DNA of 23,179 nucleotides from Candidatus Asgardarchaeum abyssi (GTDB lineage: Archaea > Asgardarchaeota > Asgardarchaeia > Asgardarchaeales > Asgardarchaeaceae): positions 1-23,179 of the forward strand of contig JBECUL010000034.1 of assembly GCA_040225955.1 (NCBI GenBank), in the 5' to 3' direction. The notes beneath the pieces are model-generated. The model did not search any database and had not been told where the DNA came from. It saw only the letters and a program-made list of their open reading frames with translations. The position numbers were made by a program, and so were the translations under genes. Of the stretch, positions 8,389 to 17,786 are shown in pieces (positions within the stretch are counted from its first letter, which is position 1; each line of letters starts with the position of its first letter).

Positions 8389-9192
8389 CTATTTCTGAGC
8401 CTTTCGAGCTTTCAGTTTATCGAACTCCTTAGTTATTTCAGATAGGAACTCGTAAGGAATTGTAAACATATCTTCTGCCTCATCAAAGATTAAAAGCAAC
8501 CGATATTTTCTTTCAAGCCTGGTTAGCTCAACTATGGAATATTTAGCATCCTTGACCTTATCCTTGAATCTCTCGATGACGGTCTCGATAATTTGTTCGA
8601 TCTCATCTTTTGTTAGAGAGATATCAAACGATAAGTTCAAGCTGTACATGTAAGTCCCATCACTTCGAGAATAGTTTGTGATCATTGAGTTTAAAACCTC
8701 TTGATTCGATATTAAGACAATTTTTCCATCAGCAGTTGATATTTTCGTGTAATTGATTGTTATTTCTTTAACGATACCCTCAATATCTTTGATACGAACA
8801 TAATCGCCTATTCTGAATGGTCTACTTACGAGAACATATAGCCCAGAGATGAAATTACCAATGGTCCTAGTAGAGGCGAAACCTATAGCAGCACCTGCTA
8901 TGGCAGATAACGAGATAAAGATTTCAGAGGGAATGCCACCAAGAGCCATTACTGCAGATAGCCCTGCTAATATTATAAAAAATCTTACAATCAGAACTAA
9001 CCCGTTTATTACATCGGGAACCAGCTCAAATTTTCGGCCAAACCTTCGTATGTATCTCGTTGCGATTCTATCTATGATGAAAACTATGAACAGAATAATT
9101 AAAATTTGGATAACAAGAAGTATATACTCTGGAGCTTGAGACAAGAAATTAATCAACTCATTAAATTCTAATAATTCAATAGAGAAGTGCAT
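8389..9192 (-). CDS. mscS: Small-conductance mechanosensitive channel
   Basis: AIGFAS...IGNFISG...RPFRIGDYVRI...GIVKEITINYTKI...ISN. Confidence 0.93.
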   Translation of the reverse strand: MHFSIELLEFNELINFLSQAPEYILLVIQILIILFIVFIIDRIATRYIRRFGRKFELVPDVINGLVLIVRFFIILAGLSAVMALGGIPSEIFISLSAIAGAAIGFASTRTIGNFISGLYVLVSRPFRIGDYVRIKDIEGIVKEITINYTKISTADGKIVLISNQEVLNSMITNYSRSDGTYMYSLNLSFDISLTKDEIEQIIETVIERFKDKVKDAKYSIVELTRLERKYRLLLIFDEAEDMFTIPYEFLSEITKEFDKLKARKAQK

Positions 9193-9438
9193 CAGAATAC
9201 CCTCCGATTACTCTTATGAGTCAATTCTGCTTAAACCAATAAGTTAACGTGACCTAAATTCAATGAGATGAATGATATACACTTTATTCGACATTAATTA
9301 TTAAAGACTTTCGCTTTCGAAAATATTCTTAAAATATACTAAAATGTTATTTTTTCAAAAATAGTACATATATATAACTACAATCAACAAACTGAAAAAT
9401 ATAGGCTTAACTGAGGAACCTGAATCACGATAACTTTA

Positions 9439-9573
9439 TCATTTCTCCCTTTTTGCAATGATCTTTTCAATCACATCTAAAACATCTAAAAACAAAACTC
9501 CAATTCTAGCATCAATAATTATATAATTTTTAACAACCTTACTTTTCTCAAGAGATTTTAATGTCTTTTGCAT
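9439..9573 (-). pseudogene. 44-aa internally deleted DUF6516/TumE-like toxin
   Basis: MQKTLKSLEKSKVVKNYIIIDARIG-VLFLDVLDVIEKIIAKREK overlaps the 3' end of the upstream gene. It resembles the two termini of archaeal DUF6516 proteins but has no RWDNAPHH/HHKH core. Confidence 0.5.
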
Positions 9574-9820
9574 TCTCTATAGCCCTCATTTTCCTTTCTA
9601 ACTCATTAAGGCTTTCGATGTAGGCTTTCCACTCAATATACTCATCCCACTGTTCAAACACCTCTTTATCAGAGGATTTTATAGTTTCCTCAAACTCTTC
9701 GAATGTACAGCCATACTTTTTCTCGAAGGTCTTAATTTTCTCTTTAGTTAATGTCATTTCAGAAAGTATACTAATCTTTAGATACCTTTTTATTTCATCT
9801 TTTGATACGGTAATACTCAT
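9548..9820 (-). CDS. Putative antitoxin of the family usually paired with DUF6516 toxins
   Basis: FEKKYGCTFEEFE...FEQWDEYIEWKAY signature; GGTGA SD before ATG 9820. Confidence 0.65.
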   Translation of the reverse strand: MSITVSKDEIKRYLKISILSEMTLTKEKIKTFEKKYGCTFEEFEETIKSSDKEVFEQWDEYIEWKAYIESLNELERKMRAIENAKDIKIS

Positions 9821-9979
9821 GTTATCATCACCCAAATTTATTATTACATTTAATTTCATCATTTTGTATTTATATTTACAATGGAGGATTGATAGTATTA
9901 ATATATCTCCTTAATATACGGCAAAAATAATTAATTTTACCAGTAATCTGCAAAAAGCAAATTTCTTATTCTTTCATTT

Positions 9980-10417
9980 TTATATATCTTTTGATGACAT
10001 CACATTAACGCATTTAGAGTACTTTTTCTCGAGAAAATTCTTATTAGTCTTTATAGCATTTAGGATTCTCATATCATCAGTAACAAGTAGAAGACATCTT
10101 TTAAATGCACTAACAAGATATGATGCATCATAAAATGTTATTGATAACCTCTCAGCAACGTTAAGAATCTCGTCATAGTAGTTAGTAGTATCAATTATAT
10201 GCATATACTCCAAAAGGTTATATATGATATTTAGTAGATATACTCCATCATCAAGCGTGTACGACTTAAAAATGTGAACATCCTTCCATATAGCATTTCC
10301 AATTTCATAATATGCTAAATTTATAGTATAATTATTCTCCAGAACATCTAAAGCTTCCTCTTTCAAATTTTTAACAATGTTAAGAATTGAAGATGCGTCG
10401 AAAAGGTACGCATTCAT
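9980..10417 (-). CDS. vapC: PIN-domain VapC toxin
   Basis: YLFDASSI, LAYYEIGNAIWK, ITFYDASY and LVTDD motifs. Confidence 0.92.
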   Translation of the reverse strand: MNAYLFDASSILNIVKNLKEEALDVLENNYTINLAYYEIGNAIWKDVHIFKSYTLDDGVYLLNIIYNLLEYMHIIDTTNYYDEILNVAERLSITFYDASYLVSAFKRCLLLVTDDMRILNAIKTNKNFLEKKYSKCVNVMSSKDI

Positions 10418-10647
10418 CGTTCATCCCTACTTTTTCGTATAAGTTCTACAATCTCATCATCACTATGAATTGTCAAAATAGCTCCAGCCTTTTTTAATTT
10501 CTTCTTTAGCTCCTCCCTTTCCTTTTTTCTAAGCTCTTCCTCAAGAGCCCTCCTAATAACTTCACTAATCTTTATATTTTGTTTCTTTAGCCTAACCCAA
10601 AGATCTCTTTTGATTTTTGCAGAAACTGTTACGTAATTACTTTTCAT
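10414..10647 (-). CDS. vapB: VapB-type RHH antitoxin
   Basis: YVTVSAKI...IKISEVIRRALEEE...IRKSRDER; ATGA overlap with vapC; GGTGA SD. Confidence 0.9.
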   Translation of the reverse strand: MKSNYVTVSAKIKRDLWVRLKKQNIKISEVIRRALEEELRKKEREELKKKLKKAGAILTIHSDDEIVELIRKSRDER

Positions 10648-10729
10648 TTTCTCACCAAAAAGTAGTATAATTTTATAAGTATATTAATATTACTACATCA
10701 TTGTAATATATACTATGATATATCTCATT

Positions 10730-11569
10730 CTACATATAGTTTTTCTTGACAGCTTTTATTATTCCTACTGGGGGATGCTCTTCTCCATATTTTTGAAGCT
10801 TACGATAAGCATTCTCCCACCTTCGTAGTAGGCCTTCTCGTTTCCTTTTATCTTTTATTTTCTCTATATATTCCCTTGGGATAAACGCTAAGTGATGAGG
10901 AAGGTTGACATCTATCATTTTTGCGTCTATAATTTTTCCTCCCGCCTCCTTTACCATTTCTACTAACTTTTCCAGAGGGAAATAATGAATATCATCCTTT
11001 TCTCCTATTAAAGCCTTAAATATCTCTTCTCTCAAGTTGTACATCTCTATATGTGCTTCTTGAGCCTTGTTTTTGGCTATCGGTAGGGATTCTGCTACGA
11101 AAATTTGGGAAGAAACCCTTAGTAGCTCCTTTATAATTCTAACAATATTATCCTCGCTTCTCATGCTTCTTATCCCATGTACTATAAGTCCTATATCAAA
11201 ACATTGATATTTGAAAGGAAGTTGAGTCGCATCAAACATGATTGGAATTACTCTCCTTTGCAATCTTGCAGATTTAATAATCTCTTCAAAAAATGTCCAT
11301 CTTTTTATGTCTATAGCAACAACACGACCGCATTTCCCAACCATATGTGCTAATGGAACAGTTGCTATTGCATGAGCTCCGCATCCTATCTCCAATACAT
11401 TCATGCCTTCTTTTATACCCGCATATGAAAGTATCTTATATCGCTCGACCATTTGGATATGAAGCCAGTATGGTGGCAAGTATGGCTCTCTTCTTGGTGG
11501 AATTTTCATTAGTATTTTTACAAAATCATCGTCTACGAATTTAAGGATAGATTTAAGTTCTTCCTCCAA
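10730..11569 (-). CDS. Class I SAM-dependent methyltransferase
   Basis: VLEIGCG, RVVAID and DATQLPF...FD motifs; TTG start after GAGGTGA. Confidence 0.9.
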   Translation of the reverse strand: MEEELKSILKFVDDDFVKILMKIPPRREPYLPPYWLHIQMVERYKILSYAGIKEGMNVLEIGCGAHAIATVPLAHMVGKCGRVVAIDIKRWTFFEEIIKSARLQRRVIPIMFDATQLPFKYQCFDIGLIVHGIRSMRSEDNIVRIIKELLRVSSQIFVAESLPIAKNKAQEAHIEMYNLREEIFKALIGEKDDIHYFPLEKLVEMVKEAGGKIIDAKMIDVNLPHHLAFIPREYIEKIKDKRKREGLLRRWENAYRKLQKYGEEHPPVGIIKAVKKNYM

Positions 11570-11652
11570 AATGATTTTTCACCTCTTATCTTATTTAGCC
11601 AAAAAATAATATTACTTTTCTCTTATTACCCTTTATGTATCCTTTTCCTCTT

Positions 11653-11684
11653 GTCAAGAGTTCTTGACCAGATTGTCTATGACA
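11653..11684. promoter_or_regulatory. Candidate operator palindromes in a divergent promoter region
   Basis: GTCAAGA-GT-TCTTGAC (11653-11668) and TGTC-TAT-GACA (11674-11684), upstream of the ArsR-type regulator. Confidence 0.5.
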
Positions 11685-11731
11685 TTAGAATTAAATAGAG
11701 CCTTAAACATGGATTATCTTGGTGATCGGCG

Positions 11732-12154
11732 ATGAAAGAGGATGAGAAGTTTGAAGCAATTTCACATCCACTTAGAATTAAAATCTTAGAATCATTATCT
11801 AAGAGAGCTATGAGTTTTTCAGAGTTAAAGAGGAAGCTTGGTATTGAGAGTAGCGGTAAACTAGATTTTCATCTTAAGAAGCTTGGAGAATTAGTAACCC
11901 TAGATAAAAATGGAAAGTATACATTAACTAAAGATGGCTATTCAGCATTACAAGCTGTGAGCATAATTAGAAAGTATGGATGGCAGAGAAGAGCTTATAT
12001 GCTAAATATAATGGCATACGCAGCTTTCAATGTATTTTTTGCTCTTATACATCCTTCTCTGTGGATGATAACTGTTCTTCCAATATCAACTGCATGGATA
12101 GTTTTCTACAGCTACTGGTCAATAGTGAAGAGAAAAATATTCAAGAGGATATAA
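11732..12154 (+). CDS. ArsR-type wHTH regulator with two C-terminal TM helices
   Basis: FEAISHPLRIKIL...SFSELKRKLGIESSGKLDFHLKKL...YTLT, followed by two hydrophobic segments. Confidence 0.88.
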   Translation: MKEDEKFEAISHPLRIKILESLSKRAMSFSELKRKLGIESSGKLDFHLKKLGELVTLDKNGKYTLTKDGYSALQAVSIIRKYGWQRRAYMLNIMAYAAFNVFFALIHPSLWMITVLPISTAWIVFYSYWSIVKRKIFKRI

Positions 12155-12168
12155 AGAGGTGTTAGAAT

Positions 12169-12909
12169 TTGAATACTGTTATTGAAGTTCATAACTTGGT
12201 TAAAGAGTTTAACGGTTGTAAAATACTAGATAATGTATCATTTAACGTAGATAGAGGTGAGGTTTTTGGTTATTTAGGTCCTAATGGTGCTGGAAAAACA
12301 ACTACACTAAGAATTCTTCTTGGATTAATTAAACCAACATCTGGAGAAGTATTTGTACTCGGCGAGAACCCATTAGATAACAGTAAATTACGAATGAAGA
12401 TTGGTGTTCTCCTCGAAGATAATGGATTATATAATTCACTTACGGCATATGAAAATCTAGATCTTTATGCACGCTTATATGGATTAGCTAATGCCGTAGA
12501 AAGGAGAAGAAGGATAATCGAGTTACTAGATTTTATAGGGTTATATGAAAGGAGAGATGATAAGGTTGGTTATTTATCGAGAGGCATGAAGAGAAAACTA
12601 GCAATTGCAAGGGCAATCTTACATCATCCTGAAATTGTATTTATGGACGAGCCTACATCAAATTTAGACCCAAAAACAAGAGTACTAATTAGGGATTTAA
12701 TCCTAGAGCTAGCGCATGAGGAGAAAACAACAATGTTCATCATATCACATAATCTGAATGATGTAGAGAAAGTATGTTCATCAGTAGCGATTTTAGTCAA
12801 TGGTAGAATTATAGCTAGAGGTCCAATTGACGAATTAAAGAAGCAAATCATAGGTAGAGAATTAGCTGAAGTCTCGTTAGAAGATGTATATATGAAGATT
12901 GTAAGGTGA
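12169..12909 (+). CDS. ABC exporter ATP-binding subunit
   Basis: GPNGAGKTT, LSRGM, VFMDEP and SH motifs. Confidence 0.95.
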   Translation: MNTVIEVHNLVKEFNGCKILDNVSFNVDRGEVFGYLGPNGAGKTTTLRILLGLIKPTSGEVFVLGENPLDNSKLRMKIGVLLEDNGLYNSLTAYENLDLYARLYGLANAVERRRRIIELLDFIGLYERRDDKVGYLSRGMKRKLAIARAILHHPEIVFMDEPTSNLDPKTRVLIRDLILELAHEEKTTMFIISHNLNDVEKVCSSVAILVNGRIIARGPIDELKKQIIGRELAEVSLEDVYMKIVR

Positions 12910-12915
12910 AGAATT

Positions 12916-13581
12916 ATGAGTATGGTATGTGCTATTATCAATATGGAGCTAAAGGAGATAATTAGGAATAAAGGATTTCTTACAAGTTTATCCAGTGTAG
13001 TTATGTTTGTAGGGCTCTTGCTATTCTCTTCAATAAAAGATTTAGCAGTAATAGCTAAGCCGTTTATGCTATACTTACCGTTAGTGATAGGTCTAACAGT
13101 AGGTTACGGATTAAGTGGAAGGTTGGTTAAAGAGAAGACTCAAGGTGTCATAGAAACCCTCCTATGTACACCAATTAAAGTATGGGAAATATGGCTAGCA
13201 AAAACCTTAAGCATATCAATTATTTCATCATTAACCACAATAATAGTATCAGTAATAATTCCTTTATTAATTGGGTCCCCCATTACAAACCTCTACATAT
13301 TATATCTCATGGTTGTAGTACCAATCTTCATAACTTCAGCATTAGGGCTATTATGTCTCATATATTTCTACTTAGGGATGAAGCAAATACAAGCAGCAAA
13401 CTATATAGTCTTCTTTGCACTCTTTATAACACTATTCATGATACTAAAAGTCCAACTATCAGCAGAGTTAACTCTTAAAACGGTGTCTATGATTGCAGCT
13501 CTCTCAATTATAATAATCCTATTATCAATATATAGAGTAAGATATACTGATACGGAGAGAATAGTTACAACATTTGAATAA
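12916..13581 (+). CDS. ABC-2 type permease
   Basis: About six TM segments; EKTQGVIETLLCTP...IWLAK motif. Confidence 0.9.
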   Translation: MSMVCAIINMELKEIIRNKGFLTSLSSVVMFVGLLLFSSIKDLAVIAKPFMLYLPLVIGLTVGYGLSGRLVKEKTQGVIETLLCTPIKVWEIWLAKTLSISIISSLTTIIVSVIIPLLIGSPITNLYILYLMVVVPIFITSALGLLCLIYFYLGMKQIQAANYIVFFALFITLFMILKVQLSAELTLKTVSMIAALSIIIILLSIYRVRYTDTERIVTTFE

Positions 13582-13630
13582 AATTCACATTTTCAATCCT
13601 CGTAATAAGCTCCCTCGCTTTTTTAGAATT

Positions 13631-14050
13631 TTATTTGATTTTCTCTAATATTATTGCTGGGCATACTCTTGTAACGCCTTCCATAGATTCCAAAGTTTTT
13701 ATGAACTTCCTAAGTTTCTCAGAACTCTTGAACCAACATTCAATCATAATCATGTGATCTCCACTTGAGGCGTATAAATTTACTACTTCATCCATTTCTT
13801 TTAACTTCTCTATTGTCGAAATATAATATTCCGGCTTTGTGTCCATTCCTATCAATGCCATCTCAAGTCCTATTTTCTTCAAATTTACCTCTATCGTATA
13901 TTTCTTTATTATGCCCTCTTTCTCTAACTTTTTTATCCTTTTCCTTACCGCGGTCTCACTAACCCCAAAGATCTTTGCAATTTTTACAAAAGGTATTCTA
14001 GAATTTTCCTTCAATATCCGTAATAATTCTAAGTTTGAAATTCGAACCAT
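13631..14050 (-). CDS. Lrp/AsnC family transcriptional regulator
   Basis: [39 protein letters not shown] and a RAM domain with SSGDH. Confidence 0.93.
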   Translation of the reverse strand: MVRISNLELLRILKENSRIPFVKIAKIFGVSETAVRKRIKKLEKEGIIKKYTIEVNLKKIGLEMALIGMDTKPEYYISTIEKLKEMDEVVNLYASSGDHMIMIECWFKSSEKLRKFIKTLESMEGVTRVCPAIILEKIK

Positions 14051-14092
14051 AAATTTATATTATCAATACAAATATATAAGGTTAACGGAACC
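14033..14092. promoter_or_regulatory. Compact divergent promoter with GTT/AAC palindromes
   Basis: GTTTGAA-A-TTCGAAC over the lrp start, a TATATA box near 14073-14078, and GGTT-N5-AACC at 14080-14092. Confidence 0.45.
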
Positions 14093-14114
14093 AAACAGTT
14101 ATGGAGGTAAAAAC

Positions 14115-14774
14115 ATGGAAGAAGGTAAATTACCATTAATAGGAGAAAAAATGCCAAGCTTTGAAGCACAAACTACTAAGGGGAAAATAAAATTCCCTGA
14201 TGACTATAAAGGAAAATGGGTTGTACTATTTTCTCATCCCGCAGATTTCACACCTGTTTGCACAACAGAATTTGTAGCTTTTCAGAAAAGGTATGATGAG
14301 TTCAAGAGATTTAATTGCGAGCTAATTGGACTCAGTATAGATCAAGTATTTAGCCACATAAAGTGGGTTGAGTGGATAAAGGAGAAACTAAACGTGGAAA
14401 TTCAATTTCCAATAATTGCTGATGACACAGGTAGGATTGCTAAACTACTAGGGATGATTCATCCAGCTAAGGGAACTAACACCGTTAGAGCAGTATTCAT
14501 AGTTGATCCAGAGGGAGTCCTTAGAGCAGTATTGTACTATCCACAAGAGCTTGGAAGGAACATGGACGAAATACTAAGAATGGTAAGAGCTTTGCAAGTA
14601 TCTGACAAGAATGGTGTTGCAATGCCAGCAAACTGGCCGAACAACGAGCTCATAGGTGATAAAGTTATAATTCCACCAGCTGATAACGAAAAGACTGCAA
14701 AAGAGAGACTTGAAAAGGCCAAAACTGGCGAAATAGAATGTTATGATTGGTGGTTCTGTTACAGAAAGCTTTAA
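14115..14774 (+). CDS. Peroxiredoxin (archaeal Prx6-type)
   Basis: [28 protein letters not shown] and CYDWWFC motifs. The real start is ATG 14115, after GGAGGT; the ORF-track extension overlaps lrp. Confidence 0.96.
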   Translation: MEEGKLPLIGEKMPSFEAQTTKGKIKFPDDYKGKWVVLFSHPADFTPVCTTEFVAFQKRYDEFKRFNCELIGLSIDQVFSHIKWVEWIKEKLNVEIQFPIIADDTGRIAKLLGMIHPAKGTNTVRAVFIVDPEGVLRAVLYYPQELGRNMDEILRMVRALQVSDKNGVAMPANWPNNELIGDKVIIPPADNEKTAKERLEKAKTGEIECYDWWFCYRKL

Positions 14775-14828
14775 AAATAAAGAACATAACATTATTATTA
14801 TCTTTTTTTGTTAAACGGAGGTTAAATT

Positions 14829-15410
14829 ATGAAAACTATCGAAAATTTGGTAAAAGCATTTATTGGTGAAAGTCAAGCTAGGAATCGTTATACATTTTAT
14901 GCAAAAATAGCTAAAAAAGAGGGGTTTGAACAAATTGCAGAAATTTTTCTAATTACTGCGGAAAATGAGAAAGAACATGCAAGCAGTCTATTTAAGATGA
15001 TTAACGAGTTGAAAAAGAAAAGCGGTGAAAAGCTAGATGAGATTAAGGTGGAAGTAGTAGCTCCAACAGTACTTGGCAGTACAATAGAAAATCTAAAAGC
15101 AGCCATTGCTGGAGAAAATTATGAATATACAAAGATGTATCCTGAGTTCGCCGATATTGCGGAAAAAGAAGGGTTCCCCGAAATTGCAGTTAAATTAAGA
15201 GCTATAGCCAAAGCAGAAGAGCATCACGAGGAGAGATTTAAGAAATTATTGAAAGAAGTAGAGGCTGGCACAGTTTTCAAGAAAGAGAAAGAAACTTGGT
15301 GGGTATGCCGTGAATGCGGTTATGTTCACTTTGGAAAGGAACCCCCTGAAGTATGTCCCTCTTGTGGACATCCAAAGAGTTATTTCCAAATAAAATGTGA
15401 GGAATATTAA
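14829..15410 (+). CDS. rbr: Rubrerythrin
   Basis: [21 protein letters not shown] and EEHHE diiron ligands; C-terminal CRECG/CPSC rubredoxin-like domain. Confidence 0.96.
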   Translation: MKTIENLVKAFIGESQARNRYTFYAKIAKKEGFEQIAEIFLITAENEKEHASSLFKMINELKKKSGEKLDEIKVEVVAPTVLGSTIENLKAAIAGENYEYTKMYPEFADIAEKEGFPEIAVKLRAIAKAEEHHEERFKKLLKEVEAGTVFKKEKETWWVCRECGYVHFGKEPPEVCPSCGHPKSYFQIKCEEY

Positions 15411-15441
15411 AATTATGATGACTTAAGTGATGTGATTTTGC

Positions 15442-15825
15442 ATGACTGAAAGGTTGCAGATCTATAAATGTGGTATATGTGGAAACATTGTCGAAGTTTT
15501 ACATCCTGGTAAGGGTCAGCTTGTATGTTGTGGCCAACCTATGGTATTACTTGAAGAAAAGACTGAAGACGTAGGTAAAGAAAAACACATTCCAGTCATA
15601 GAAAGAGAAGGGAAAGCAATACGAGTAAAAGTGGGTTTTGTTCCTCATCCTATGGAAGAGAAGCATTATATAGAATGGGTAGAAGTTATTGTTGTTGGTG
15701 ATAAAATTTATAGGGCATTTTTAAAGCCTGGCGAAAAGCCAGAAGCCGTATTCGCGGTCGAAGAGGAGAAAGTTAAAGCTAGAGAGTTTTGTAATCTACA
15801 CGGGTTATGGTCCACAAAGGAGTAA
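15442..15825 (+). CDS. dfx: Desulfoferrodoxin (2Fe superoxide reductase)
   Basis: CGICGN...CCG desulforedoxin centre; [14 protein letters not shown] and CNLHG catalytic centre. Confidence 0.95.
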   Translation: MTERLQIYKCGICGNIVEVLHPGKGQLVCCGQPMVLLEEKTEDVGKEKHIPVIEREGKAIRVKVGFVPHPMEEKHYIEWVEVIVVGDKIYRAFLKPGEKPEAVFAVEEEKVKAREFCNLHGLWSTKE

Positions 15826-15837
15826 GGAGACTACATT

Positions 15838-16023
15838 ATGGTAAGTGGTAAAGAACAAATTGTACTCGACGCTATGAAAAAAGCAGGTAAACCAGTAAGA
15901 CCTGGTAATATTGCTAAGATGACAGGTCTCGATAGTAAAGAAGTTTCAAAGATAATAAAGGAATTAAAAAAGAAGGGCAAGATAACTTCTCCAAAAAGAT
16001 GCTTCTATGCACCAGTTGAATGA
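15838..16023 (+). CDS. Small winged-HTH protein with SPKRC motif
   Basis: 61 aa HTH pattern (IAKMTGLDSKEVSKIIKELKKKGKI); AGGAG SD overlapping the dfx stop. Confidence 0.85.
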   Translation: MVSGKEQIVLDAMKKAGKPVRPGNIAKMTGLDSKEVSKIIKELKKKGKITSPKRCFYAPVE

Positions 16024-16205
16024 CAAAAAACCTATTTAGCAGTTCTCTCTTTTATTTCTGTTTATTTGAGCAGTATTCAAGAATTAATTTTTCACTGTAG
16101 TTTTTTGTCTTTATATACTCATCAGGACTAATAAAGAAATATTTCTAGAAGTTTTCTATTTTTCTTCAAAAGAGGATTAGAGAATTAAAGAGTATCTTGT
16201 GAGAT

Positions 16206-16624
16206 TTAAGTTTCAAATTTTAATTTAAATTTGTCTTTTAACAGATTTTTAACAGCATTTATTATCTCTTCGGCTTTTTGTATATATTTTTACCATCTTC
16301 TTTTGTATAGTAGAACATTACCGCATAATCACTAGTTTCCCTAGCTTCAAAGAGTTCGTTTAAGTATTTTCCAATTTTTGGTGGTAATAATTCCTCTTTT
16401 ATAACTCTAAGCCCAAATATAGTTAGGACTCCTGAATATGTTCCTGCAGATACTCCCAGTAGATACAAAAGAGCCCTAACGGAAAGAAAAGCAGCATAGT
16501 ATGCTCTGCTTATTGCATCATCTATTCTATTACTTTCTAAGAGAATTCTAGCACTCACAAGTTTTCCTTCGCTTCTCTTAATGAGTTGGTTTACTATGTC
16601 AATTATCTCCTTTTTCTTCTCCAA
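16206..16624 (-). pseudogene. HEPN-domain protein (UPF0332-like) with a 1-nt frameshift near the 3' end
   Basis: AISRAYYAAF and RETSDY motifs. Adding one base to the T5 run at 16287-16291 restores KYIQKAEEIINAVKNLL...FET*. Confidence 0.8.
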
Positions 16625-16932
16625 ATCACTTTCCCCTCTTTTTTGATTGTTGCATAAAGTGGCTCTATTGAGGAGTTAAATTCATCTAGTGTTACATATA
16701 TTGCAGTTATTGGAACACCATACTCTGCAAAAAGCTTTTCTCTAAAATCTGAAAATAGTTCTCTGGTTTTTTTCTTATTATCTGTAATAATAAGTAAATC
16801 AATATCGCTTAGAGGTGTGTACTCATCGCGAGCAACAGAGCCAAAAATTATTATTTTAATTAGATTCTCATCTATCTTTGTATATTCTTTTAGAATTTTT
16901 TGTAATACTTTGTCCTTATAAAGTAATAACAA
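16603..16932 (-). CDS. Minimal nucleotidyltransferase (MNT antitoxin)
   Basis: IIIFGSVAR...SDIDLLII...IKKEGKVIW; TTG start after GAGGTG; overlaps the HEPN gene. Confidence 0.9.
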   Translation of the reverse strand: MLLLYKDKVLQKILKEYTKIDENLIKIIIFGSVARDEYTPLSDIDLLIITDNKKKTRELFSDFREKLFAEYGVPITAIYVTLDEFNSSIEPLYATIKKEGKVIWRRKRR

Positions 16933-17084
16933 AGATAGCACCTCTCTTATATTTATTATCTATTGACACTACTAGTATATTAAGTTTATATTACGAAACC
17001 GTAGAAAATCGCAGTTAGCGAAGTAAATTTATCCTTATAGTCTACTCTCATTGTATGTTGAAGCAAAGTATTACAAATTAATTA

Positions 17085-17636
17085 CTATGATCTTTTTGTC
17101 ATCTTTTTAAATTCTCTTAAGCAAGTCTGGCAGCAGAAGAAATAAACCCTATTATGATATTTATATACTATAGGTTTGTCGATTATCTCTTTCCCACAAT
17201 AATCGCATTTAAATTGGATTCTTATCTTAAAGGGTCTTTCCTTTTCTTTACTTTCTAAAATTGGTATTATTTTTAGAACATCAAGCTCGGCATTTTCAGT
17301 AATCTTTCTAAGTTCGTTCATATCTTTTACAACAACTTTTATAATATATCTCTTGTTTGCAAATTTGTTAATCTCAACTATTTCTTCAAATTTGTCAAAA
17401 ATCTTAGAATTATTTGTCTTCACTATCATAATGATCGTATTGCTGGTTCTTTCAAGCTCTGGAAGGATTTTTATTGTGTATTTTTGTATAATTCCCTCTT
17501 TTTCTAATCTCTCTAATCGAGTTTTTACAGTTGGTCTGCTTAAACCTAGAAGTCCTGCAAGCTCAGAGATGCTCAATCGGGAATTATCTCTTAAAAGATA
17601 AAGTATCTTAAGGTCATATTCATCAAGCTTAACCAT
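17085..17636 (-). CDS. copR: Copper-responsive regulator: Lrp-like HTH plus C-terminal TRASH domain
   Basis: N-terminal HTH; CDYCGKEI...YFFCCQTC TRASH motif; divergent from copA, as in Thermococcales. Confidence 0.9.
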   Translation of the reverse strand: MVKLDEYDLKILYLLRDNSRLSISELAGLLGLSRPTVKTRLERLEKEGIIQKYTIKILPELERTSNTIIMIVKTNNSKIFDKFEEIVEINKFANKRYIIKVVVKDMNELRKITENAELDVLKIIPILESKEKERPFKIRIQFKCDYCGKEIIDKPIVYKYHNRVYFFCCQTCLREFKKMTKRS

Positions 17637-17660
17637 TCTCTTCTTTCTCCCTTAACAAGT

Positions 17661-17740
17661 TACCTTTTATTTTGAAAGGTATTAAGGTTTTTCAAATTTA
17701 TAAAATTTTTTAATTTATTTTTACATTTTGTAAAAAATAA
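17661..17740. promoter_or_regulatory. Candidate CopR operator palindromes
   Basis: TACCTTT-N7-AAAGGTA (17661-17681) and TTTTTACA-TTT-TGTAAAAA (17718-17736). Confidence 0.5.
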
Positions 17741-17786
17741 CTTCAATAATCTTTCTTGTAAGAATATGTATAGAGGTGCATTTTTC

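Noticed and set aside
13839-14114. 92-aa N-terminal extension of the peroxiredoxin in the ORF track
   Set aside because: It is antisense to lrp; a strong GGAGGT SD and the family start point to ATG 14115.
15838-16023. Resemblance of the small wHTH to Z-alpha domains
   Set aside because: The Z-DNA-contacting N-x3-Y and P-x-W residues are missing.
16095-16135. CUGAUGAG on the minus strand, resembling a hammerhead ribozyme core
   Set aside because: No stem II followed by GAAA and no flanking stems; it reads more like a coding remnant (FFISPDEYIK).
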